Assembly (NCBI GenBank): GCA_009692505.1 | Contig: SHZC01000003.1 | Coordinates: 9,169-73,168, forward strand | Reading direction: 5' to 3' | Length of the DNA: 64,000 bases | From: Myxococcales bacterium | Lineage (GTDB): Bacteria; Myxococcota_A; Bradymonadia; UBA7976; UBA1532 | Shown here: piece after piece, positions 16,379 to 23,668 of the stretch | Layout: the number at the start of each line of letters is the position of its first letter | How positions within the stretch are numbered: position 1 is the stretch's first letter | Made by a program: the position numbers and the translations under genes | The notes under the pieces: model-generated | The model's database searches: none | Told to the model about the DNA's origin: nothing | The model's input: only the letters and a program-made list of their open reading frames with translations

Positions 16379-17602
16379 TCAAGGCGACGGGCTCCCGGCG
16401 AGCCGCTCGGCCATGAATACGACGAGACGTTCGCCGATCGCGGCCTTGCTGAGCACCGGGAGCTCGACGATGCCCTCTGCGGTGACCAGGGAGACGCGGT
16501 TGGTGTCGACCCCGAAGCCCGCGCCCTCAGCCGTGATGTCGTTGGCGACGATGAGATCGCAACGCTTGCTGATGAGCTTGGCACGAGCATATTCCAAGGG
16601 GGGACCGGACTCCGCCGCGAAGCCGATGAGCAGCGGGGAGGCGCCGACTCGGGAGGCCCCAAGCTCGGCGAGAATGTCCGGATTTCGGACGAGCTCCAGC
16701 GACTGCACTTCGTCAAGCTTCTTGACCTTCGTCGCGGACACGGCACGGGCCCGGTAGTCCGAGACGGCGGCGGTCATCACCACGACGTCGACCCCCGGCA
16801 GGTGCGCCATGACCGCCGCGTGCATCTCGATCGCTGTCGTCACCGCTACGGAAGAAACCCCCGGCGGCAGCGGCAGGGAGCAGGGCCCGTGGATGAGCGT
16901 GACCTCGGCCCCGGCCCGAGCGGCAGCTGCGGCGATTTCAAAGCCCGCCTTGCCCGTCGACGGGTTGCTGAGGAAGCGAACGGGATCAAAGAACTCTCGC
17001 GTCGGTCCCGCGGTCACGAGCACCCGCCGACCCACGAGCACCCTCGGCGTCAGCGCGGCGACGACGGCGTCGACGATGGCCTCGCTCAAGGCGAGCCGAC
17101 CGGGCCCCACCGCGCCACAGGCGAGCGCGCCGGCGTCGGGCTCGACGATCTGGTACCCCCTCTCGCGCAGGATCCGGAGGTTGTTCTGCGTGGCCTCGTT
17201 CTCGTACATCGCCGTGTTCATCGCCGGGGCGAAGAGCACGGGCGAGCGGCGCGGCCTCGTGGCGAGCAAGACCGTCGAGACCACCTCATCGCCAATCCCG
17301 GCCGCGCACTTCGCCAGGATGTTCGCGGACGCCGGCACGACGAGGAGGACGTCGTTCTCCTGCGCGAAGGCGATGTGCCCGATCTCCATCTCGTCTGAGG
17401 GATCGAGCGTGCGGGTCAGCACCGGGAGGTGCGTGATCGCCTGGAACGTGAGCGGCCCGACGAAAGCCTGCGCGTTCGCGGTCATGGCCACCTGAACCAC
17501 CGCGCCGGCCTTCTGGAGCAAGCGCACGGTCTCGACCGCCTTGTAGGCGGCGACGCCCCCACAGACGGCGACGTGAACGCGGCGATTGACCAGCGACGAC
17601 AC
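16379..17602 (-). CDS. coaBC: Bifunctional phosphopantothenoylcysteine decarboxylase / phosphopantothenate-cysteine ligase
   Basis: VAVCGGVAAYKAVETVRLLQKAG, PAMNTAMYEN and VLVTAGPTREFFDPVRFLSNPSTGKAG, with C-terminal AAVSDYR. The longest ORF starts at 17668. GTG 17602 (VSSLVNRRVHVAV...) gives the usual short N-terminus, but the start remains uncertain. Confidence 0.85.
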   Translation of the reverse strand: MSSLVNRRVHVAVCGGVAAYKAVETVRLLQKAGAVVQVAMTANAQAFVGPLTFQAITHLPVLTRTLDPSDEMEIGHIAFAQENDVLLVVPASANILAKCAAGIGDEVVSTVLLATRPRRSPVLFAPAMNTAMYENEATQNNLRILRERGYQIVEPDAGALACGAVGPGRLALSEAIVDAVVAALTPRVLVGRRVLVTAGPTREFFDPVRFLSNPSTGKAGFEIAAAAARAGAEVTLIHGPCSLPLPPGVSSVAVTTAIEMHAAVMAHLPGVDVVVMTAAVSDYRARAVSATKVKKLDEVQSLELVRNPDILAELGASRVGASPLLIGFAAESGPPLEYARAKLISKRCDLIVANDITAEGAGFGVDTNRVSLVTAEGIVELPVLSKAAIGERLVVFMAERLAGSPSP

Positions 17603-17952
17603 GGCGCGGGATTCTACGTCACGGCATCCTGAGGGTAAAGGCGGGCGGCGGGGGCCGGGGGGGGGCACCGCATCGAGCCGCGGCCCTGTGCCGACCTACC
17701 CGGCGACGAACCTCATCGAGCGCCTCACCGGGTTCAAGGTGCAATTGCCTTGGGGAGATCACGCTTCTGGGGTCGGTCGCGCTCGCCTCCGGCTTGACGG
17801 CGAACCTCGTCAATCCCAGCCGCTCGGTTGCGTGCGGCCCTGGCGACTGATACGCCTTGGGCGGCCCTTTTCTTCTCCTCGACTCCACGCGCGCGGCACC
17901 GTTCAATCTGCCGGACTTCGTACAACTGGCCCCCGGCGGAGGAGTTTTCCAC

Positions 17953-20900
17953 ATGTCCAACTGGCGCCGCCCCCAACTGGCCCCCGGCATCTACGACGAG
18001 CCGATCAGCCAGCACCTGCAAGAGCAGCTCGAAGGCCTGACCTCTGGCTTCCTGGTCGAGCGCCACACGTCCACTGATGCCGAGCCGGCCGGACTACCGC
18101 TGGAGTCACTCCTCGGGGACGCCATCGGCCTCGCCCTGCAATCTGTGGGCGACAAGCGAACAGCGATCCTGGCGCTGGCCCAGGAGGTGCTCGCGGTGCT
18201 GCACAAACACGCCCCACGTGCATTTCCCCGCGCGGGCGAACTGCAACTGCTCAACGAACGGTTGCTGTCCATCGCCGAGCAGCCAGCCGCAGCGCCCAAA
18301 CGCCCGCGGGGGTCGCTGCACGCGTCCAGCCTGCTGGTCAATGCCGAGGGCGAGCAGCTGCACGACCACCTACGCAGCGAGTTCGACAGCGCCGACCGGG
18401 TGGACCTGCTCTGCGCGTTCGTGAAGCTCAGCGGCTTCGAGAAGGTTCGCACAGAGCTCGAGCGTCACTGTGTATCGCGCGGCCGGCCGCTGCGCGTGTT
18501 GACGACGACCTACATGGGGGCCTCGGACGCGGTGGCCATCGAGCGGCTGGCTGCTCTGGCCAACGCCGAAGTCAAGGTCTCGTACGACGAGCACACCACG
18601 CGCCTCCACGCCAAGGCCTGGGTCTTCCACCGCGCGAACGGCTACTCCACGGCGTATGTCGGCTCGTCCAATTTGTCGCACGCGGCGCAGACCGATGGGC
18701 TGGAGTGGAACGTCCGCGTCACCGAGCGAGGACAGCCCGCCCTGGTCGCCCAGATGGTCGAGACCTTCGAGCAATACTGGGGCGCGCCGCATCAGTTCGA
18801 GTCATTCCGGCCGGGGCACGCGGGGGATCGCGCGCGGCTGAGCCGGGCCCTCTCTCCGAGCGCCCGCGCGCCGGACGGGACCACCCTGCAATTCGACATC
18901 GAGGCCAAGGACTTCCAGAAGCCCATCCTGAGCGAGCTGGTCGCCGCCCGTGTGCTCGGCAGACACAAGAACCTGCTGGTCGCCGCGACCGGAACCGGTA
19001 AGACGGTCATGGCGGCGCTCGACTACCAGCAGCTCCGGCAGGAGGGCGCGGTCGACACCCTGCTGTTTGTGGCGCATCGGCGGGAGATCCTCGACCACGC
19101 CCTCGCCACGTTCCGCGCCGTCCTTAAGGTCAGCGGCTTCGGCGAGTTACTGTGCGAGGGCGAGAAGCCGGCGATTGGTCGACATGTGTTCGCCTCGATC
19201 GACTCGCTGGCAGGGAACACTGTGGACCCGGCTGCGTTCGACCTGGTGATCATCGACGAGGCGCATCACTCCCCCGCTGACAGCTGGGAAGGGCTCCTGA
19301 AGCGCATCCGTCCCAAGCAGCTTCTGGGCCTGACCGGAACGCCGGAGCGCGCCGACGGGCTGGACCATGAGCGCCACTTTCCGCGTCCGTGGATCGGCAA
19401 TCTGCGGGTCTGGACGGCGATTCCGCACGCCCTAGTGCCGTTTCGATACTACATGCTCGACGTCCAGGGCGTGGACCTTCGCGACGTCGCGTGGACGGCG
19501 GGCAAGTATGCCCCACTGGCGTTGGCGGGGAAGCTGATCGGGGCGGCTGAAGTCTTCGTGCACCGCGCGGTCCAGGCCGTCACCGAACGCATCGCGCGGC
19601 CGGACAACCTGCGGGCCATTGCCTTCTGCGCGGACGTGCGCCACGCGGAAGAGATCCACCGGCGCTTCCTGGGCCACGGCTTCCGCAGCCAGGTCCTGAC
19701 CGGCACGACGCCAAAGCAGGCGCGACGCCAGGCGCGGTCGGACCTGGACAGCGGACAGATTCAGGTGCTGTGCGTGGTCGACATCTACAACGAGGGCGTC
19801 GACGTCCCCAACGTCAATACCCTCTTCTTCTTCCGCCCCACGGAGAGCGCGACGGTCTTCCTGCAACAGTTGGGACGCGGCCTGCGCCGGGCGCCCGGCA
19901 AGTCCGAGCTGGTGGTTTTCGACCTGACGGGCCGCCAGCACCTGAACTTCCGCTTCGACCGCAAGCTCCGCGCGCTGCTCGGCCACACCCCACGTGAGGT
20001 CCATCACCTCGTGAAGGCCGGTTTCGGACGATTGCCCGCCGGGTGCCATCTGCACTTCGACGAGCAGGCGCGCCAAGACATCCTCGACCAGATCAAGCGC
20101 GCGATCCCCTCGGACGAGACGGGGATCCTCGCGCTGTTGCACGAACCGGCCCATTCGGAGCTGTCGCTGGACGAGTTCCTGAAAGAGACAGACGTCGAGC
20201 TCAATGACGTGTACCGCCAGCGCCGGTCCTGGACAGGGCTCAGGCGGAAGTTGCACCTGGATCGAAGGACGCTGGCCGACGGTGAGCCGATCGTCCTCGA
20301 CAGAGTCCACAAGCTGACCCATGTGGGCGATGAGGCGAGGCTGGAGCTCTGGCAGCGGCTGGTGGACTTGGAGCCGACCCGTTCCGAACGCGAACACCGT
20401 CTGGCCCGCATGCTGTTTGCGGTGCTCTATGGCAAGGAAGCGGCGGCCAACGGTGAGGCCGAGAGATTGTGGAGCACGCATGCCAGTGTGCGGGACGACG
20501 TGCGGGGGTTGATTCCCGTGTTACGGCGGCTGAATGCGATCCTGCCGGAGTCGCACACCCTGTTGCAGGACGTGCCGATCGTGCTTCACGCGCGGTACCT
20601 CGGGGTCGAGCTGAGCGCGGCGTTTGACGACCGGAGCAGCACAGGTTGGTTCCGCGACTACTTCACCGGCGTGGAGACCATCGCGGGCGGTCGCTTCGAC
20701 CTGCTGCTGGTGACGATGGAGAAGGCCGCCGCGACCAAGGAACACTTGCGGTATCGAGACTTTCCGCTCTCGGACAGGCAGTTCCACTGGCAGTCGAAGG
20801 CCCGCACGACCCTGGACTCCAAGGATGGGCGGCGGCATCTGCATCCGGAGCGGGAAGGCGTCACGCCGCTGCTGCTGGTGCGCGAGCTGGCCCATGAGGC

Positions 20901-21042
20901 GAACGGGCGGACCATGGCGTTTCGGTATCTCGGACCCGTCCACCCGCTGAGGCACGCGGGGGAGCGGCCGATCTCGGTGGAGTGGGGGTTGCGGTTTGCG
21001 ATGCCGGCCGAGGTGCTGGCGAGCGGACGGGTGGCCGCGTAG
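17953..21042 (+). CDS. SauUSI-like type IV (modification-dependent) restriction enzyme: PLD-family nuclease + SF2 helicase + DUF3427
   Basis: 1029 aa from ATG 17953, with GGAGG about 9 nt upstream. The HKD motif LHAKAWVFHR...GSSNLS lies at about 18607-18678. Walker A ATGTGKT lies at about 18982-19006 and DEAH at about 19255-19266. The helicase C region carries VVDIYNEGVDVPNVNTLFFFRPTES and QQLGRGLR. The C-terminal block LLLVTMEK...YRDFPLSDRQFHWQSKARTT...LLLVRE...FRYLGPV fits my recollection of DUF3427. Confidence 0.8.
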   Translation: MSNWRRPQLAPGIYDEPISQHLQEQLEGLTSGFLVERHTSTDAEPAGLPLESLLGDAIGLALQSVGDKRTAILALAQEVLAVLHKHAPRAFPRAGELQLLNERLLSIAEQPAAAPKRPRGSLHASSLLVNAEGEQLHDHLRSEFDSADRVDLLCAFVKLSGFEKVRTELERHCVSRGRPLRVLTTTYMGASDAVAIERLAALANAEVKVSYDEHTTRLHAKAWVFHRANGYSTAYVGSSNLSHAAQTDGLEWNVRVTERGQPALVAQMVETFEQYWGAPHQFESFRPGHAGDRARLSRALSPSARAPDGTTLQFDIEAKDFQKPILSELVAARVLGRHKNLLVAATGTGKTVMAALDYQQLRQEGAVDTLLFVAHRREILDHALATFRAVLKVSGFGELLCEGEKPAIGRHVFASIDSLAGNTVDPAAFDLVIIDEAHHSPADSWEGLLKRIRPKQLLGLTGTPERADGLDHERHFPRPWIGNLRVWTAIPHALVPFRYYMLDVQGVDLRDVAWTAGKYAPLALAGKLIGAAEVFVHRAVQAVTERIARPDNLRAIAFCADVRHAEEIHRRFLGHGFRSQVLTGTTPKQARRQARSDLDSGQIQVLCVVDIYNEGVDVPNVNTLFFFRPTESATVFLQQLGRGLRRAPGKSELVVFDLTGRQHLNFRFDRKLRALLGHTPREVHHLVKAGFGRLPAGCHLHFDEQARQDILDQIKRAIPSDETGILALLHEPAHSELSLDEFLKETDVELNDVYRQRRSWTGLRRKLHLDRRTLADGEPIVLDRVHKLTHVGDEARLELWQRLVDLEPTRSEREHRLARMLFAVLYGKEAAANGEAERLWSTHASVRDDVRGLIPVLRRLNAILPESHTLLQDVPIVLHARYLGVELSAAFDDRSSTGWFRDYFTGVETIAGGRFDLLLVTMEKAAATKEHLRYRDFPLSDRQFHWQSKARTTLDSKDGRRHLHPEREGVTPLLLVRELAHEANGRTMAFRYLGPVHPLRHAGERPISVEWGLRFAMPAEVLASGRVAA

Positions 21043-21045
21043 GCT

Positions 21046-21639
21046 TCAGTCGCTGAGGACGCCGGTGGTGGCGGCGGTCGCAACCCAGGCGGCGAGCCAC
21101 GCAAGATCGGGGCACCCGGCGATGCGGGTGTCGTGCTCGGCGGTGAGCGCGCCGCGCCCCCGGAGCGTGTTTCGGAGCAGCTCGCGCAGGACCTCGCGCG
21201 CCTCGTGGCGGCCTTCTTCCGCACCCTCCGCGCGCACGTCGTCCAGCCCTGCATACCCATGTCGCTGAAGGAGGTTCCGGAAGGCCACTTCGTGGGCCAC
21301 GTTCCGGTCGAAGAGCGCCTCCACCGGGACAGGGTTACGAAGGATGCCGGGCGCCATCAGGACCTCGCCCACACCCAGCGTTCGAACGGCCTCCCCGGCC
21401 ACATGCACCTCGACGCGCCGAATGCCGAGGAGCAGCTCTCCGATCTTCGCTGTGAGCTCGGCTTCGTCCTGCCCGCTGCCGGCATACTCGACGGCCAACG
21501 GCGGGGTTCCCGGGAGCCAACCTGGCCTGTCGGGCACGTTGCCGACCGCGATGTCGGGCGCACGCATGTTCTTGGAATCCGGGCTGAAGCCCGCGTCGAA
21601 ACCCGTGGAGTCGACGTCCGGATCCGTGTCGAGCACCAA
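21046..21639 (-). CDS. Hypothetical protein, PD-(D/E)XK nuclease-like (Uma2/Rpn-type) core with a helical C-terminal tail
   Basis: 197 aa with a TTG start. APDIAVGNV...PPLAVEYAGSGQDEAELTAKIGELL resembles the PD...(D/E)xK arrangement of Uma2-type nucleases. It sits only about 28 residues from the N-terminus. The tail AEGAEEGRHEAREVLRELLRNTLRGRGALT...CPDLAWLAAWVATAATTG resembles DUF4351-type tails. It is convergent with the restriction gene, 3 nt between stops. Confidence 0.4.
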   Translation of the reverse strand: MVLDTDPDVDSTGFDAGFSPDSKNMRAPDIAVGNVPDRPGWLPGTPPLAVEYAGSGQDEAELTAKIGELLLGIRRVEVHVAGEAVRTLGVGEVLMAPGILRNPVPVEALFDRNVAHEVAFRNLLQRHGYAGLDDVRAEGAEEGRHEAREVLRELLRNTLRGRGALTAEHDTRIAGCPDLAWLAAWVATAATTGVLSD

Positions 21640-21756
21640 GCCAACCGCGACCGTGCCGCGAGCGCTGTCGCCTCCGCTCGGGGCGCACGAGATGGCGTGC
21701 CCGTCGGACAGCTCAGATCGTGAGCGCGAGCCCAGCTCGGCCGTGCTGAACAGACC

Positions 21757-21785
21757 GGGGCCGGCGCGTCCGCGGCACCGGCCCC
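21757..21785 (-). terminator. GC-rich hairpin immediately after the NUDIX gene stop (possible terminator, no U-tract)
   Basis: GGGGCCGG (21757-21764) pairs with CCGGCCCC (21778-21785), leaving a 13-nt loop. The NUDIX stop codon is at 21787-21789. Confidence 0.3.
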
Positions 21786-21786
21786 C

Positions 21787-22365
21787 TCAAAACCGAGGCA
21801 GCTCCAGCGGCGCGCCGCCTGGGGTCAGCGTGAGGAATTGCATCGTGACAAGCGCGGACAGACCCCAGAGCATCTCGCCGTCCCAGGGGAAGAAGAAGAT
21901 CGGCCAGCTTTGCTCCCCTCGGGTGACGTGCTTGACCGTCCATCGCTCGGGCTCGCGCAGCGCGGAGACCGGGACCTCGAAGATGCGCGCGACCTCCTCG
22001 GGGCTCGCAAGCAGCGTCGGTGTTCTGATCAGACGGCCGACGACGGGAGTGACGACGGTCGTGCCGGTGACCGTCGGGATGTCGTCGAGCAGGCCGAGCA
22101 CATCGACGAGAGCGGGCTCGAGCCCAATCTCCTCGTGGGCCTCACGGAGCGCGGCGGCGATCAAGCTCTCGTCCGGGGTGCTCAGGCCACCGCCGGGGAA
22201 CGCGACCTGGCCCTTATGAGTGGGCGTCTCCTCCGTTCGCCGCGTGAAGATCAGGCGAAGCGGCCCGCCATCGTCGATGACCGGCACAAGCACCGCGGCG
22301 CGACTACCCGACGGCAGGCTGCGACGCTCGCGACTGGAGAGCCGCTCGGCGAGGCCGGTCAGCAT
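21787..22365 (-). CDS. NUDIX hydrolase, CoA pyrophosphatase type
   Basis: 192 aa. The Nudix box is GQVAFPGGGLSTPDESLIAAALREAHEEIGL. It is preceded by the LLFTRR-like motif (LIFTRRTEE) typical of the NudL/Nudt7 CoA diphosphatase subgroup. Confidence 0.75.
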   Translation of the reverse strand: MLTGLAERLSSRERRSLPSGSRAAVLVPVIDDGGPLRLIFTRRTEETPTHKGQVAFPGGGLSTPDESLIAAALREAHEEIGLEPALVDVLGLLDDIPTVTGTTVVTPVVGRLIRTPTLLASPEEVARIFEVPVSALREPERWTVKHVTRGEQSWPIFFFPWDGEMLWGLSALVTMQFLTLTPGGAPLELPRF

Positions 22366-22375
22366 CGGCAGCCGG

Positions 22376-22909
22376 TCACTTCGGGGCCGGCTGAGGCCCG
22401 GGAAGCTCGGTCAAGTCGATGTGCAGGGCCGGAGACAGATCGGTCGGGTGCGCGCCGTTTTGCCCGAGGAAGACCATCTGCGGGCCGATGACCTCGTAGT
22501 CGACGAAGATCTCCAGGTAGATCGACCCCGCGCCGTCCGCGACCTTGAAGTCGATGCCCTCGAGCGTGGAGGAGGCCTCGCTCTTGAACATCGCCCGAAA
22601 ACCGTCAAGTCGGTTGACTGAATCGTCGCCGCCGACCATGCCCGCCGGTCGGATCATCGAGAGCTTGCCCGTCGGCGTATGGATGAGCCCGGTGAAGATC
22701 GACTTCTTGGCGTCGACCCCCGACCGGCCGGTGAAGCGCAGGTGCCAGCCGGTCGCGTCGTGCCAGAGGTGGTAAGCCGGGCCGGTCCCCGCTGTCAGGG
22801 TCGGGGCCCCTTCGACGCGGGAACGCTCGACCTTCTCGGATGCGTGGGCCGAGGGGCCGCCCGATGTCCAAAAGACCAAAGTCAAGCCGAGGATGAGCGC
22901 GCGTCTCAT
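22376..22909 (-). CDS. Secreted hypothetical protein
   Basis: 177 aa. Signal peptide MRRALILGLTLVFWTSGGPSAHA. No family recognised. ATGA overlap with the udk stop, and a strong AAGGAGG lies upstream inside the udk 3' end. Confidence 0.55.
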   Translation of the reverse strand: MRRALILGLTLVFWTSGGPSAHASEKVERSRVEGAPTLTAGTGPAYHLWHDATGWHLRFTGRSGVDAKKSIFTGLIHTPTGKLSMIRPAGMVGGDDSVNRLDGFRAMFKSEASSTLEGIDFKVADGAGSIYLEIFVDYEVIGPQMVFLGQNGAHPTDLSPALHIDLTELPGPQPAPK

Positions 22910-23535
22910 ACAACCTCCTTCTTGCCCAGTCGCCGAACGAGGGCATCGGCGACCATCTCGATGGCCACAAGGTTACGGCCACCGCGCGGAATGATCACGT
23001 CGGCATGTCGGCGCGAGGGCAGGACGAAGGCGATGTGCATGGGGCGCACCGTCGCCTCGTATTGCCCGAGCACCTGCTCCGCCGTCCGACCCCGATCGGC
23101 GATGTCCCGACGGAGGCGGCGCATCAGGCGGATGTCGTCGTCGGTGTCGACATAGATGCGGACGTCCATCAACGCGCGGAGGGCGTCGTTCTCGAGCGCG
23201 AGGATGCCCTCGATGACGATGAGCTGCGCGGGCTTGACCGGCACAACCTCGGCCATGCGCGCCGACTCTTTGTAGCTGTAGACCGGCTTGTTCACCGGCA
23301 GCCCGGCCTTGAGGTCGATGATCTGGGCGCAGAGCAGCGCTGTGTCGAAGGCTGCGGGGTGGTCGAAGTTGACCTGACGACGGTCCTCAAAGGGGAGGTG
23401 CGCGAGGTCGTGGTAGTAGGAGTCGTGGTCCAAGTAAGCGACGCGATCACCCCCCACTCGAGAGACGATCTCGCGGGCGACGGTGGTCTTGCCGGAGCCG
23501 GTCCCGCCGGCAATGCCGAGTGTCACGACAGCCAT
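22906..23535 (-). CDS. udk: Uridine kinase
   Basis: P-loop IAGGTGSGKTTVA, NFDHPAAFD, IVIEGILAL and DTDDDIRLMRRLRRDIADRGR. Confidence 0.9.
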   Translation of the reverse strand: MAVVTLGIAGGTGSGKTTVAREIVSRVGGDRVAYLDHDSYYHDLAHLPFEDRRQVNFDHPAAFDTALLCAQIIDLKAGLPVNKPVYSYKESARMAEVVPVKPAQLIVIEGILALENDALRALMDVRIYVDTDDDIRLMRRLRRDIADRGRTAEQVLGQYEATVRPMHIAFVLPSRRHADVIIPRGGRNLVAIEMVADALVRRLGKKEVV

Positions 23536-23668
23536 GGATTACGGGCTTCCCTCGCGCCTCGGGTCGAACTAGATTGCAGCCGGAATTCCAACGGTTGACG
23601 AGACCGGGACGCGGTACCACGCGCCCCATTTGGCTGTCAAGGCGCGCCGCGGCGCAGAGGGTCAAGTC

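Larger units (their letters stand above)
16229..16383 (-). repeat. Triplicated stop-start junction (three direct copies of GACGAGGGCGCGAAGTTCGTCCATCACGTTCAAG, plus-strand reading)
   Basis: Copies lie at 16229-16269, 16303-16343 and 16350-16383, with spacings of 74 and 47 bp. On the minus strand each copy reads CTTGAACGTGATGGACGAACTTCGCGCCCTCGTC. That is a TGA stop, a 5-nt spacer and an ATG opening MDELRALV. Confidence 0.95.

Noticed and set aside
16258-16746. 162-aa minus-strand ORF overlapping coaBC
   Set aside because: It is an out-of-frame overlap of the coaBC coding region. Only its last 22 codons, which begin at an internal ATG created by the junction duplication, are of interest and are reported separately as mini-ORF 2.
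17726-17742. tRNA T-arm-like sequence CACCGGGTTCAAGGTG upstream of the restriction gene, considered as a tRNA or att-site remnant
   Set aside because: The GGTTCAA core cannot be placed in a 5-bp stem / 7-nt loop T-arm. No acceptor stem or CCA-proximal sequence follows, and no matching direct repeat occurs on the other side of the island (21640-21786).
17669-21786. Idea that the restriction-gene island is a recent horizontal acquisition or mobile element
   Set aside because: No integrase or transposase, no flanking direct or inverted repeats, and no visible drop in GC or change in third-position G/C preference relative to neighbours were found. It is best described as an old, ameliorated insertion, if it is an insertion at all.
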